A stretch of DNA of 64,000 nucleotides, from assembly GCF_035594765.1 (NCBI RefSeq), contig NC_085846.1, positions 6,993,190 through 7,057,189 of the forward strand, in the 5' to 3' direction. Below the pieces are notes generated by a model, which made no database searches, had not been told where the DNA came from, and saw nothing but the letters and a program-made list of their open reading frames with translations. Made by a program: the position numbers and the translations under genes. Shown here piece by piece: positions 1 through 13,223 of this stretch; within the stretch, counting starts at the first letter, position 1; the number at the start of each line of letters is the position of its first letter. The stretch comes from Anolis carolinensis (Eukaryota).

Positions 1-235
1 CCCGCACTCGGTGAGCCAGCCTGAGCGGCCCGAGTCACCCCTCTTTGAGTCGCGCTGCAGCTCCCCTTTGCAGCTGAACCTGTTGCAGATGGAAGAGATG
101 CCCAAGGTGGGCGACCGCCCGGAAGCAGCCGCCAGCAGCCAGACAGGGCCGATGGGAGCCCCCACGGACTGGGCCGGCGTGAGCAGCGGGCAGGGACTGA
201 CCAATGAACTCAGCACCCAGAAAGAAGCATGTATG
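1..235 (+). CDS. PER1: Period circadian protein 1, internal exon (5'-truncated by window)
   Basis: Frame 2 reads SPLFESRCSSPLQLNLLQMEEMP, a PER C-terminal motif; donor ATG|GTGAG at 236, phase 0. Confidence 0.9.
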
Positions 236-685
236 GTGAGTCCTGCTGGCCTGTCTTACACTAAAGAATCCTGCCCTTTGATTTTGAGTTGCGTTTCCTT
301 GATGAGGACTATAAACTTGTGCAGGATGTGGTTGAGTTCCAATAGGAACTACAGCTTTACATTCTCCCTGGCCAGTATTTGTTACTGGCTGGAGGATTGT
401 GGGAACTGTTAACAGGCATGGCAGTAGCTGCTTTTAGCAGGTGTATATCTTGCTATATTTTGTCACAATGAAGGCAGTTATCATGAAATCATATCAATCA
501 TAGAATTATAGAGTTGGACCCCAGGGGCTATCCAGTTCAGGCATCTTCTGCCATGCAGGGATACGCAATCAAAGCACGCCCAAGATTTTTGTGATGGCTT
601 AAGTGAGAGAAGTCCAGATGGTTTTAGCGAGAGGGACTTTTCTCACTCTTTCCTCCTTTTCCTCCTCCTGCCCACCCCCTTACAG

Positions 686-866
686 GTGGAAACACATGAT
701 TCCTCCAACAACGATGCTCTGTCCAGCTCCAGTGACCTCCTGGACCTGCTCCTTCAGGAAGATTCACGCTCTGGCACGGGGTCAGCCGCTTCGGGCAGTG
801 GCTCCGCTGCCTCTGGCTCCATGGGTTCTGGCTCCAATGGCGGTAGCACTTCTGCCAGTGGCACAA
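686..866 (+). CDS. PER1: PER1 exon
   Basis: tacAG acceptor; DALSSSSDLLDLLLQEDSRSGTGSAASGS matches PER1; GTAAG donor at 867. Confidence 0.92.
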
Positions 867-1926
867 GTAAGTCACTTTCTTCAACCTGTATTCTTTTGCT
901 GTGGAGCTTCCAATGACACTCTTTGGGCTTGTGTTTCAGAAGTTCCCTCTAGCAAAATGGTTGAGAGCTTTACATAAAAGGTGTAGCATAAATAAATTAA
1001 AACAACACAATTCAAAACAAGTGGAGTTGCATTGGAGGCAGAACTCCTGCAACTGAGTGACAGATGTGGGCTGGCCTCTCCCATTGCTCTTTCAGGGTGC
1101 ATTGATGTAAGGAACAAGGTCAGGGAGTCACAGTTTCAAGTTATGATAGAGAAAACATATCCTAGTCATGATGTCATGCTGCTACTCTCAACTATCCACC
1201 TAAAAGGCATAAACAGAGCTTCCTGAGACAATATTCTTAGTGACTTGTTCATTGAAGAGGGTTTGAGAACCTAAACTGGCATTGTAGATCTGTTTCCAGG
1301 CTGCTGTGGGTCCTGGGATGTTGTTGAAAATGCCTAAAAGCATAATGTAAGAGAGTGGCTTCTATCGAGTCAGTACAGTCTAATCCAGAGACTGAGCAAG
1401 GAGGGCTGAACATCCGGGCAAGCAGAAAGGGTTTTCCTTCAGTGCTTATATGAGGTCAGTTGACTCAGCACCAGTTGAGCCCTGCTGTGTTCTGCAGATA
1501 TTTCTTCACCAACAAAAAGATAGCAAGAGCCACAGATGCCTGAGGGAAGCCAGTTGAGGCTTTTAAAGACTTGAAACTTCATTCCCTCGTGAACTAATGT
1601 CCTGAAAATATGATAATTGGCAAGAGCTAAAAATTCAGGAGTAGCCGTGTTGACCTAGACAAAAAGCCACAAAAATCCTTGTGTAAAGGTTTCACAGCAA
1701 GTGTTTCTTTATCAGAGAGAGGTGTGGGCCTTGCAGCTACATTTTGAGCCTGCTTATACTATCTTCAGGGGCTGCCCCTCAAACAGAAAGGTCTACACTG
1801 AGTCTTATCTGTACATAGACAATGATACTTCAGTGGCACTCTTTCCTGGCCCCTGCATCTGTTTTGGAGCTTGCTCCTTGTATCCTCAAGTGTCTTGACA
1901 AGCTTCTTTCCATTCCTCCCATTCAG

Positions 1927-2119
1927 CCAGCAGCAAGAGCAGCAACACCAGCAAATACTTTGGCAGCATCGACTCCTCGGAGAACGACCTACGAGGCAAG
2001 AAGCGCACAGAGGTGGAAGACAATGAACATTTCATCAAGTACGTCCTGCAAGATCCCATTTGGCTGCTGATGGCCAACACTGATGACAAGGTCATGATGA
2101 CCTACCAGCTCCCTACCAG
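1927..2119 (+). CDS. PER1: PER1 exon
   Basis: SNTSKYFGSIDSSE...YVLQDPIWLLMANTDDKVMMTYQLP; phases agree with neighbouring exons; GTGAG donor. Confidence 0.92.
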
Positions 2120-2369
2120 GTGAGAAGACCCAAATGCCATCACATGACCAGGTGGCCCCAGCCCTTACTCCTGTAGTAGCCTTGGGGCTCATCATGCACT
2201 ATGCAATGCCCTTTTTGCTTTGCATCTTTGAATCCTAGCTATGGGTTCCCAATGGAGAGTGTTCCTATCACAGTGAAATGGTTGCAGGCTTGCTTTGCTG
2301 CTGCTCTCTTGTCACAAAGGATTGTATAATTGTATATATTGTTATATATGTGTTGTATATATTGTTAGC

Positions 2370-2660
2370 TTCCAGGCACAATTCAAAGTGCTGACTTTGA
2401 CCTACAAAACCTTAAAGGGCTCTGGTCCAACTTACCTCTCAAAACTTATCTCTCCCCACTGGCCGTTCCGCAAGTTAAGATCTTCGAGGGAGGCCCTGCT
2501 CTCAGTTCCGCCACCGTGACAGGTGTGGTTGGCGGGGACGAGAGACAGGGCTTTTTCGGTGGTGGCTCTGCGGCTGTGGAACTCCTTGTCGAGGGAGATT
2601 AGGGAAGCCCCCTCACTCATGTCTTTTAGGAAACAGCTGAAGACCTGGATGTGGGACCAA
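2370..2660 (+). mobile_element. L2/CR1-group LINE 3' fragment
   Basis: Degenerate FKVLTLTYKTL.GSGPTYL...RAFSVVA.RLWNSL, typical of the L2 ORF2 C-terminus; boundaries approximate. Confidence 0.6.
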
Positions 2661-3193
2661 GCTTTTGGCCCATCCTAGGATATGGGCTGATATGACCTGA
2701 TGGATTCTGTGAATTAATATTAAGTTGAACACGGACTGGCTCTGACTTTGGCTCAGTTCTACCCTCCCTATTCTCACTAGCACTACTATCTTTAAAATAC
2801 ACACAGCCCAGGGTGAAGCATTTTCCCTGTCAGGTTATCAGGGAGACAGGATTATTTGTTTTATTGTATCTATATGTTTCAATCTGTTTTATAATTTGAA
2901 ATGTTATATTTGTGTATCTGTATGTACAACATGGCATTACATTTTGTCATAAGCCGCTCTGAGTCCCCTTCGGGGTATAAATATAGTAAATAAATAAATA
3001 TAATTTGGTAAAGGAGGGGGTTTGAAATGTAGAGGGGCAGGCTTTGATTCTCTTATTGTTTTGCTTTCCTCCCCCAAATAGTCAGTGGGACCATTTATTT
3101 GGCTCTTCGCCCAACACACAGGAGGTTCGTCCTCCATTTGAACCCATGCCTTTGCAACCATTCCAAACCCATTTGCTCACCTCTACTCTGCAG

Positions 3194-3344
3194 GGACATG
3201 GAGGCAGTGTTGAAGGAGGATCGGGAGAAGCTGAAGCAAATGCAGAAGCGGCAGCCCCGGTTCACGGAAGAACAGAAGAAGGAATTGGGCGAAGTGCATT
3301 CCTGGGTCCAAAAGGGGATCCTGCCCAAAGCGATCAACATCACG
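3194..3344 (+). CDS. PER1: PER1 exon (CRY-binding region)
   Basis: DMEAVLKEDREKLKQMQKRQPRFTEEQKKELGEVHSWV; ctgcAG acceptor, GTAAG donor. Confidence 0.92.
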
Positions 3345-3697
3345 GTAAGCACCACGCTGGTGGGTTCTGGGTGAGGGAGGGAGCACAGCATAGGAAAGGG
3401 AGCCATGCGTGAATCATTACGCAGATGTGGATGTTCTCCAGAGACTTCTATTCTTCTTGGATGCCTCAGGCATAAAATAAAGTGCGGCTTGACCTCCATA
3501 TCCGTGGGACTTTATTCATATTTGACAAAGTATGTCCTCTCTAAGCATTTTCTAGGTCTTCCAGTACAACTCTATTGCAGTCCTGGGCTGGAGGTTCTTC
3601 ATATCAGTAGGGTTGACTATTATCTGAAGCCATGGTAGTTAAAATGAAATCAAAATGAGATAGTTATGCAGTGCAGAGATGAAAGAATGCCCTAGAT

Positions 3698-3831
3698 CAG
3701 GCATGGGCAAACTTTGGTCCTCCAGGTGTTTTGGACTTCAACTTCCACAATTCCTAACAGCCTACCGGCTGTTAGGAATTGTGGAAGTTGAAGTCCAAAA
3801 CACCTGGAGGACCAAAGTTTGCCCATTACTG
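3698..3831. mobile_element. Palindromic hAT-type MITE (CAGGCATGGGCAAACT termini)
   Basis: Near-perfect hairpin. Same family at ~9432-9614, 14915-15102, 22098-22260, 27416-27592, 35472-35606, 36165-36288, 36693-36835, 44064-44147, 45417-45532, 58394-58527, 61473-61666. Confidence 0.8.
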
Positions 3832-3900
3832 GGCAGAGAAGCAGGTTTAAACTCACTCACCTTGTCTCTTTCCTCCCTGCTTCTCTTTCTTGTGCCACAG

Positions 3901-4137
3901 GCTTGTGTGGATTGTGGAAGCAACCCATCCTCCAAGGTCTCCCCTTTGTACGACATCGAGGTCCAAGACATGGACGTGAACGGCATGCTGGAGCCAATGG
4001 AGGAAGGCAATGGGGGCCAGACCTGCCACCCATCCTTGCCCCCGGAAATGGCCATGGAAGAGGAGGAGGCCGGAGGAGGAGAAAGAGGGGAGCAGCCGCT
4101 TCAGGCAGCAGAAGCGCAGAGGGAGAGCTTGGGCTAA
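3901..4137 (+). CDS. PER1: PER1 terminal coding exon
   Basis: cacAG acceptor; ACVDCGS start is characteristic of PER1; TAA at 4135-4137. Confidence 0.88.
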   Translation, partial: ACVDCGSNPSSKVSPLYDIEVQDMDVNGMLEPMEEGNGGQTCHPSLPPEMAMEEEEAGGGERGEQPLQAAEAQRESLG

Positions 4138-5055
4138 CCCTGAAGGGGCCAAACTATGGACCCGTTTCCCAAAGCTAGGCGTGCTTCGGCTTGTCCTGCA
4201 CAGGGGCGCTTCTGAGCCCTGAAGCCCAAAGGCAGAAACCTGCTGCGGTTCCCCGAAGCATCTTCTCTGCTCTTACTGCAGCTCTGCCTCCGGTGGCCAT
4301 GGAACGGCTATGAAGAGACGTGGTTTGACTCGTTGGGTTTTTTGTGGGCCTGGTTGGCCATCTGCTCCATGGAGAGAGAACAGTTTGGAACCAGGAGCCG
4401 GGGACCAGCTTTTCCAGCCTGGAACTCTGGACCAGAACGTCCCGTCCGACCTTCGATCCCTTCCCCTGTCCTTGCTGCCTTATTGAGGGTTTGGACCCAG
4501 ATGGCCCATGACTTTGGGCAGGAGGGAACCTGGATTTTTGTGTATTTATTGTTTTGATGCTGTGTACTTTATTGTATTGTTTCTTTTCTTTTTTTACCGA
4601 TCTGCATCCATGCTCTCGGGAAGGGAGCTGCTTGCAGCACTGATTATAATAAAAGAAAGAAATGGAGTCTGGCCTGTGGACATTCATGTCAACCTCTAAC
4701 CTAAGCTTTCTTCTCCCTTTCGCCTTTTCCTTGCCAGAGAGAGACTTCACAGTTGTGGAAAGGGAATCAGCAAGAATCTGAGAGAGGGAGTTTGAATGCT
4801 ATTTCCTTTCCTAAGAGAAACCACTATGATCCCATTGTGCTGTGGACTTTCCTGTCTTCGTCTCATTTTTAAATAAGGCTGGTTCTTTCCATGCCATGCA
4901 GCAGTTGTCTCCTGGAAGAAAAGCACATGCTCTGAAATATTGTGTTTTCACATCCATATCTTTCCTGATACCTCAATAACCCTTCAACCATCAGCCTCAG
5001 GACCCTTCCACACACCTATATAATCCAGGATATCAAGGCAGATAATCCACAATAT

Positions 5056-5365
5056 CAGTGGCTCAACGGGTTAAAACTTGCTGATCGAAAGGTCGGCAAT
5101 TGGAATACAGAGAGTAGAGTGAGCTCCCGCTGTAGCCTCAGCTTCTGACAACCTAGCAGTTCGAAACCATGCAAGTGTGAGTAGATCAATAGGTACCGCT
5201 TCAGCGGGAAGGTAACTGCGCTCTGTGCAGCCATGCTGGCCACATGACCGTGGAGGTGTCTACAGACAACGCCAGCTCTTCAGCTTAGAAATGGAGATGA
5301 ACACCAACCCCCAGACTTGGACATGACTAGACTTAATGTCATGGGAAAACCTTTATCTTTACCTT
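5056..5365 (+). mobile_element. Sauria SINE
   Basis: tRNA-like head (gtggctcaacgggttaa), GGAGATGA-CACC core and ACCTTT-type tail. Further copies at ~8703-9006(-), 18915-19040, 28240-28410(-), 28595-28910, 51132-51287(-), 60257-60580(-). Confidence 0.75.
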
Positions 5366-5664
5366 AAACCACAATATTTGCTTTGAACTGGATTGTTTTG
5401 AGTTCACGTTGCCATATAATCCAGTTCAAGGTGGACTTTATACTGAAATTCCAACAATTCTCACTTCAGAGTCCTCAACCTCCCTTTTTTATTGTTATTT
5501 TCATAGCTGGCTGGGGATGGTGGGAGATGCTGTGCTACGTGAGTCTACAGCAGACATGAGCAAACATGGGCTCTCCGGGTGTTTTCGACTTCAACTCCCA
5601 CCATTCCTAACAGCCTCAGGCCCCTTCCTTCCCCCCCCCCCCCCCGCCCTTATTATTATTATTG

Positions 5665-6790
5665 TATGACACAGCAAACAAGATAGATATGCTGGATTTC
5701 GTATCACAAAATCACAAGTCGAACACTTCCCAAGTGTCTAGGACTGTGTGATGTATTTTCGGATGATGCGCGCAGATCCTATTAGGGTGGCCTTTTGCAG
5801 TTGGCAGATCGTAATTTTGTCAATGTCTATTGTTTCCAAATGCCGGCTGAGATCTTTTGGCACGGCACCCAGTGTGCCCACCACCACCGGGACGACCTGC
5901 ACTGGTTTCTGCCAGAGTCTTTGAAGTTCAACCTTGAGGTCCTGAGTTTTTCCTGTTGTTTTTCGTCAATGCGACTGTCACCTGGGATGGCGACATCAAT
6001 GATCCAAACCTTTTTCTTTTTCACAACTGTGATGTCTGGTGTGTTGTGTTCCAGAACTTTGTCAGTCTGGATTGAGAAGTCCCACAGTATCTTTGCGTGC
6101 TCATTTTCCAATACTTTTGCAGGTTTGTGATCCCACCAGTTCTTTACTGCTAGGAGGTGGGACTTGAGGCATAAGTTCCAATGAATCATTTGGGCCACAT
6201 AGTTGTGCCTCTGTTTGTAGTCAATCTGTGTGATTTTCTTACAGCAGCTGAGGATATGATCAATGGTTTCGTCGTTTCCTTGTCCAGTCTGCATTTTGGG
6301 TCATCAGCTGATTTTTCGATCTTGGCCTTAATTGCATTTGTTGTTGTTGTTGTTGTTATTATTATTTACACAACAAGATTAGTACACAGCAAACAAGATC
6401 ACTATGCTGGCTGTTGTATTCGATCACATGTCGGACATTACCCAAGTGTCTAGAACTACGCAATGTATCGGCGGATAATGCGTGCAGATCAGAGTAGGGT
6501 GGCCTTTTGCAGCTGACAGGTGGTAATTTTGTCAGCGCCGATTGTTTTTAAGTGCTGGCCAAGGTTTTTAAGCACTGTACCCAGTGTGCCCATCACCACT
6601 TTGCCCACCTTGACTGGCTTGTGCCAGAGTCTTTGTAGCTCGATCTTTAAGCAATTGTCATATCGTAAAAGCTTTTCCAGTTGCTTCTCAGCAATTTTGC
6701 AGTCACCTGGGATTGCAACATCAACGATCCATACTTCGTTTTATTCCACGATCGTGAGATCAGGGGTGTTGTGCTCCAAAACTCTGTTAT
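5665..6790 (-). mobile_element. Two 3' fragments of R4/Dong-clade non-LTR retrotransposons (zinc-knuckle end + RLE endonuclease)
   Basis: ETIDHILSCCKK...RHN...WDF.IQTDKVLEHNTPDITVV..KVWIIDVAIPGDSRI is the PD..D RLE motif; frameshifted; flanked by (TTA)n. Confidence 0.8.
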
Positions 6791-7589
6791 TATAATTAAG
6801 CTCTTGAAGCCAAAAGCAACTGGCCACCCCTTTTGCTCCCTACCTTCATTCCCAAATAAGCCCAACAATTGTGCAGGCAAAGGAGACAAAAAAAATTGTT
6901 TACTAGGTGTTTGTTTCCTTGTCGATAGAGATTTTATTTTTGCACAAAACCAGAGGTCCTTCTTCTCCTCCCTCCAGTGTTGCTGTTTGTGTGTGCGTAT
7001 GTGTGTGAATGAATCTCAATGCTGTGCCTGCGTTTGTGTGCCACGTCTGTGAATCCGACTCTGTACCCAAAAATAAAGACACTTTTGTCTTTTTGTTCAA
7101 GTCTTTGGTGCGAAGGGAGAACATGGTGCAAAAGAGGAGCCAGAGATGGATGGGAGTGGGTGGCTTTTCACAGCACACTTCAGCGGCTGGATTGATGAAT
7201 TTGAGGAATGTTTATTTATTTATTTAAAACATTTATATTCTGCCATTCTCACCCCGAAGGGCAAACATTAAATGCTGGAACCTAAAATAAACCATAAATA
7301 CATTATTAGAAGCAGAAGTGGGGTTCCATAGCGCAATCTAAAGGGAGTGGGATAATAAGGGGTAAATGCCAACAGACAATGAGGGTGACATTCGTAGAAT
7401 AGGTGAACGTTTAAGTGTGCTTCTATTAGGGCAGGTACGTGTTAGGTTAATGTGTTTTAGGCCCCTTCTACACTGCCATATAATCCAGATTGCCAAAGCA
7501 GATAATCCACACTATCTGCTTTGAACTGGATTATATGAGTCAATGCTGCCATATAATCCAGTTCAAATCTGGAGCTAGAAGATGGATTA

Positions 7590-7881
7590 CTGTATATACT
7601 CGAGTATAAGCCTAGTTTTTAAGCCTTTTTTAAGACTGAAAAAGCCCCCCTCGGCTTATACTCGGGTGAGGGTCCTGGTTGGCTTATATTTGGGTCAGCT
7701 TATACTCAAGAATATATGGTACATTTATTATTTTTCTCTATTATTGTTGCTACTATTACATTTATTTTACTCTATTTTTATTTTTATTATTAATACATTT
7801 ATTATTTCACTCTGATCTTATTATTATTATTATTGGATTTATTATTTTACTCTATTTACTATTACATGTATTATTTTCCTG

Positions 7882-7930
<49 letters not shown>

Positions 7931-8227
7931 ATGTATTATTTTACTCTATTATTAAAAGGATACATAAGCACATTTTCATTGAAGAAGATGAGAATAATGA
8001 TTTGATCAGAGTTGGACAATCTTATCTTAAATTTGAGCTGTATGTAAATATTCAAAAACATTTAACCTACTGATGCCTCAATTAATGTAATTTTAGTGGT
8101 ATCTATTTTTATTTCTGAAATTTACCACCCTCGGCTTATACTGGAGTCAATGTTTTCCCAGTTTTTTAATGGTAAAATTAGGTGCCTTGGCTTATATTCG
8201 GGTCGGCTTATATTTGAGTATATACGG
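7590..8227. mobile_element. Non-autonomous Tc1/mariner-type DNA transposon
   Basis: TIRs CTGTATATACTCGAGTATAAGCC ... GGCTTATATTTGAGTATATACGG, TA flanks, AT-rich interior with (TTA)n. Confidence 0.7.
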
Positions 8228-9649
8228 TATATGGCAATGTAGATGTGGCCTGAGATTTAGTCTTGTAATATGTACATAATAGTTTTAATTATCTATACAA
8301 TTGACATAATGAAGGATATCTCTGCCAATATTGGTCTAGAATAGATCCATCAAGCCACAAAGGAGCTTGTGTGTGTGTGTGTATATACACACGTATACAC
8401 ATATACACACATACACATATATTTATTTTTATTTATTTATTTACAGCATTTATATTCCGCCCTTCTCACCCCAAAGGGGACTCAGGGCAGATCACATTAC
8501 ACATATAGGCAAACATTCAATGCCTTTTAACATAGAACAAAGACAAGACAAACATAGGCTCCGAGCGGGCCTCAAACTAATGACCTCCTGGTCAGAGTGA
8601 TTCATTGCAGTGATTCATTGCAGCTGCTCTCCAGCCTGTGCCACAGCCCGAGCCCTGTATATATATATACTGTATATGTGTGTGTGTGTGTGTGTATGGC
8701 AAAGGTAAAGGTTTTCCCCTGACATTAAGTCCAGTCATGTCCGACTCTGGGGATTGGTGCTCATCTCCAAGCCGAAGAACCAGCGTTGTCCGTAGACACC
8801 TCCAAGGTCATGTGACTGGCATAACTGCATGGAACCGGAGCAGTACCTGTTAATCTACTCACATTTGCATGTTTTTGAACTGCTAGGTTGGCAGAAGCTG
8901 GGGCTAACAGCGGAAGCTCACTCCACTCCCCGGATTCCAACCTGCGGCCTTTCGGTCTGCAAGTTCAGCAGCTCAGTGCTTTAACACGCTGCACCACCCA
9001 GGGCTCTAATATATGTATATACACACACACATATATTGACTTATATATAGAAAGATAAAAACCTGTCTTTGTATTGCCTTTGGTTTTCTTTCTCCTTCTG
9101 AATTAAAACTAATAGTAGTAGTAGTAATAATGATAAAGAGATGGGAGGAAGATGGGAATGGCAACATTTCCTAATGTTTTCCATTCAGTGGCTTGCACAA
9201 CAACAGCCAATCGCTGATACGGTGTTTGCGTTTGCGTAAGGTTGTCATTCTACCTATCATTGCGCATGCAGGTATTTATGGTATGTTGAGGAGACGCCTT
9301 TGGCTGCCATTCAAGTCCCTTTCTGCATATCATAAATATCCAAACACGAAGACGCAATATGGCAATGCAATGTGATGCTTGTTATTGCAAAACAGCAATG
9401 TAGCTATCAATGGACAGGTGTCAACACAGAAGGTATGGGCAAACTTGGGTTGTCCAGGTGTTTTGGACTCCAACTCCCACCATTCCTAACAGCCTCAGGC
9501 CCTTTCCTTTTGCCCCTCAGCCGCTTAAGTGGCAAAAGGAAAGGGCCCAAGGCTGTTAGGAATGGTGGGAGTTGGAGTCCAAAACACCTGGACAACCCAA
9601 GTTTGCCCATACCTGTCCTAAATGTTTAGATCTCACAGGGTCACAATGC

Positions 9650-9860
9650 AAACCCCCACACCAGTATTAAAAAAAACTCTAAAATCAGGACAGTAAATAA
9701 AGAAGAACACTCAGAAAACAGAGGGATTCCAGACAGGAAACAATCAGGGCCAGCTAACACCTCCCAACAAAGGATTCCATCCAGGCAGGAATCAGCCAGG
9801 CTTTGAAGCTGAAAGACTATACAGTGCTAATTGTAACATTCACATTTGCCTCAAACAGAC

Positions 9861-9907
<47 letters not shown>

Positions 9908-9984
9908 CGTTATTTATACCCCGCCACCATCTCCCCGCAGGGACCCGGGGCGGCTCACATTGTTACAAGAGTAACAACACAAAT

Positions 9985-10042
<58 letters not shown>

Positions 10043-10575
10043 CAACTTTATTCTTATACCCCGCCCCATCTCCCCGAAGGGACTCGGGGCGGCTTACATG
10101 GGGCTATGCCCAGACACAACAATATAAAAGCAAGCAAAGCAATAAAACAAATCAATCAACAATAAAACAACAGTAATTGATAAAAACAATCATAAAAGGT
10201 CAACATATTAGTCAGGTGTTAAAAACATGAGTTGAGTTCACATTAGCACAATATACACAGGTTAAAAGACAATAAGGCAATAAAACAAAAGTTAAAACAA
10301 AAGTTAATACAACAGTAATAATATCAAATAACCACCAATACAATTTAGTCAGACTTCATAGGTGAGGGGACTGCAGCAGCAATATAAAGATAGAATCTTT
10401 ATACAAGAGTTCTTTCTCCCAACCTGGACATCATTCCACAGGTATATAAACCCCATGTGTCTAGTTTCCAACAGACTACACAACCTCTGAGGATGCCTGC
10501 CATAGATGCAGGCAAAATGTCAGGAGAGAATGCTTCTGGGACATAGACAGACAACCTGGAAAACTCACAGCAATC
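9650..10575 (+). mobile_element. Penelope-like element 3'/pLTR fragment interrupted by (AAT)n tracts and another insertion
   Basis: Recurrent sequence ...aatcagggccagctaacacctcccaacaaaggattc...ctctgaggatgcctgccatagatg...caggagagaatgcttctgg. Similar fragments at 13855-14585, 19235-19575, 21300-21815, 25145-26335, 29085-31240, 39100-39705, 41355-41650. Confidence 0.7.
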
Positions 10576-11189
10576 AGCCACACACATATTTGGATTAATC
10601 TTATGTTTTCCTTATGGGTAGTGCACATTATTATTATCATTATTATTATCATTATTATTATTATTGGTTTTGCAGTCTCCCAGTTGTTACTTACTGGTCA
10701 GAATTTGGGACTTTTACCAATATTATTTCTTACTCGCCTCTCCTCATGGTACAAGGCAGGGTATAATATAGCCCAAAACCCAGCAACCCGGTGATTCTGG
10801 TCATGAAAGCCTTCAACAACACATTGCTTCATTGGTTTTTTTTTAATATAAATTTTTATTTTTTTAAAACACAAAAAATACATACCGTAGACATACAAAA
10901 CATTTATAATTCCCACCACCAACACGAGGATTGTTTTCTTTTTACATGTTCGTTTCTTTATGAGACAATTTTTATATATCTTTATCCATTTCCAACCTAT
11001 ATACTATATAACATTTCTATCTTATTTCTTATGGCTTGATCTCCAGATTGATTCTTATTGCTTGATCTCCAGATTGATTCATGATATAGTTCTTTACCAT
11101 TATCCATCTTTCGTCCATTTCTCTTGTTCTATTTTCATTAGTTTTTACAACATTTAGTTTCACATTCATAATTTCAAATTCCATTGCTT

Positions 11190-11222
<33 letters not shown>

Positions 11223-12315
11223 GGTGTGTCTTCAAGTTAATTCCTACTTATGGCAGCCTTCAGGTGCAATTTTCATGACAAAAATTATTTCTTCCCTTGA
11301 AGATGAGAGATTGTGACTCACCCAAAGCCACCCTGTGGGTTTCATTCCCATAAAGGGAAACTGAACTGTCTTGAGGTTTATCCACACTGTAGAATTAATG
11401 CAGTTTGGCACCACTTTAACCCCCATGGCTTAATGCTATGGAATCCTGGCATTTGTAGGTTGAAGAAATATTTCACTCTTTGGCAGAGAAGGTTAAAAAC
11501 TCTTTTAAAAACTATGTCTCTTATGATATCATAGCATTGAGCCATGGCAGTTCAAGTGGTGTTGAAGTGCATTAATTCTACAGTGTGGATTCACTGTAAA
11601 CCCACACTTAAACTACTTACAATTTTCAGAATTTCCCTGTTGGATGATACCTTAAGTTCAATTTTTGCAGAAAGTGGTGGTTTAAATAGGTTTAACTGGA
11701 GAAATCCCATCCCTGGGAATCTCCAATGGATTGCATAAGGACACACTGAGAGAAAAGCAAGTGTTGCCTATTATTAAATGACTTCCAGAAAAAGTGTAAA
11801 CAAGACCGGATTTCGAGGTTTCTATTAATTTTCGGCGCCGATGTGGGGAGCGGGCTCTTCGCAAGGACCCAGACCCCCCGAATATGACATTTCCCCTTCT
11901 TTTCTGGGGCCCAACTCGTCGGGATGCCATAGATCAATTTAGACCAAAGCCCTTTGTCAGATGTGTTACTTGACTCGGTTAAAGCCGCGATTGCAGCAAA
12001 ATTATGGGTGGAAAACCCTCTCTTTCTTCACTGTCAGGCAGAAGACCCCTCTGGCTTCCCGCCCGGAGACCCTTCGCAGCCTTTGATTTAAAAGATTATT
12101 TGCTATTTTCACCGAAAAGCAGAACTTTGCGATTTTGCCCGCCGAAAGAACAGGCAGTGGCTGAGTTCCCCTTCGTTTGCCGGGCTGGTTTCGCCACCCA
12201 CAGGGGGGTCCCGGGTATCGTTGGAAAGCTCATAATCTCCTCTTTCGATCCGTACCGGAACCGAAGCGATCGGTGGCCCGGCGGCCGATTGACGGCCCGT
12301 TTTGTGCCGGTGAAG

Positions 12316-12416
12316 AAACACAAAAAGTTGCAAAGAGCTGGGAACACCATCTGGCTGTCAGCGCGAGAAACCCTGCCCGAAACGGACCAATCAGCGCGCA
12401 GCTCCTCCCCTATAAA
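12316..12416 (+). promoter_or_regulatory. Histone H1 promoter: H1/AC box, CCAAT, TATA
   Basis: AAACACA at 12316-12322, CCAAT at 12387-12391, TATAAA at 12411-12416. Confidence 0.8.
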
Positions 12417-12533
12417 TAGCCGGCGGCGCCTGGGCTCGCGTCAGTTCAGTTTCAGCTTCGGCGACGCGAGCTTCGAAGGAAGAAGAAGAAGAAAGAAGGT
12501 GTTTTGTAAACTTTTCGGCGCTGAAGTGACAAG

Positions 12534-13223
12534 ATGACTGAAGAGGTTCCAGCCGCGCCGGTAGCCGCGCTCCCAGCCGTCAAGGCCCCCGCGAAGAAGG
12601 CGAAGAAAGCGGCAGGAGGCGCTGCCAAGGCTCGGAAGCCTGCTGGCCCCAGCGTGACGGAGCTGCTGACCCAGGCCGTGTCGGCCTCCAAGGAGCGCGG
12701 CGGGGTCTCCCTAGCCGCCCTCAAGAAGTCCTTGGCGGCCGCCGGTTACGATGTGGAGAAGAACAACAGCCGCATCAAGCTGGGCCTCAAGAGCCTGGTG
12801 ACGAAGGGGACCCTGGTCCAGACCAAAGGCACCGGCGCTTCAGGCTCCTTCAAGCTCAACAAGAAGCAGGCCTCCGAGGGCAAGGAGAAGAAGGCTGCCC
12901 CCAAGAAGAAGCCCGCCTCCGCCGCTTCCAAAGCCAAAAAGCCCGCCGCCAAGAAGCCCGCCAGCGCGGCCAAGAAGGTGAAGAAGGCGGTGGGCGCCGC
13001 GGCCGGGGCCAAGAAGAGCGTCAAGAAGGTGACCAAGAAGGCGGTCTCCGGAGCCAAGAAAGCGGCCGCCAAGAGCCCCAAGAAGCCCAAGGCGGCCGCC
13101 GCCAAAGCCCGGAAGCCGGCCAAGAGCCCCGCCAAGGCCAAGGCGGCCAAGCCCAAAGCCAAGCCCAAGACCCCCAAAGCCAAGGTGGGCAAGGCCAAGA
13201 AGGCGGCGCCCAGGAAGAAGTAA
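12534..13223 (+). CDS. Linker histone H1 (replication-dependent), 229 aa
   Basis: Globular domain [28 protein letters not shown]...[15 protein letters not shown] and Lys/Ala/Pro tail; intronless. Confidence 0.97.
   Translation: MTEEVPAAPVAALPAVKAPAKKAKKAAGGAAKARKPAGPSVTELLTQAVSASKERGGVSLAALKKSLAAAGYDVEKNNSRIKLGLKSLVTKGTLVQTKGTGASGSFKLNKKQASEGKEKKAAPKKKPASAASKAKKPAAKKPASAAKKVKKAVGAAAGAKKSVKKVTKKAVSGAKKAAAKSPKKPKAAAAKARKPAKSPAKAKAAKPKAKPKTPKAKVGKAKKAAPRKK

Noticed and set aside
298-342. 45-bp motif as a C/D snoRNA or hammerhead ribozyme
   Set aside because: It has TGATGA, but no terminal CTGA box D, one copy is antisense to its host gene, and the stem is followed by CAA rather than GAAA.
4175-4750. 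191-aa minus-strand ORF
   Set aside because: Antisense to the PER1 3' UTR, non-ATG start, no recognisable domain.
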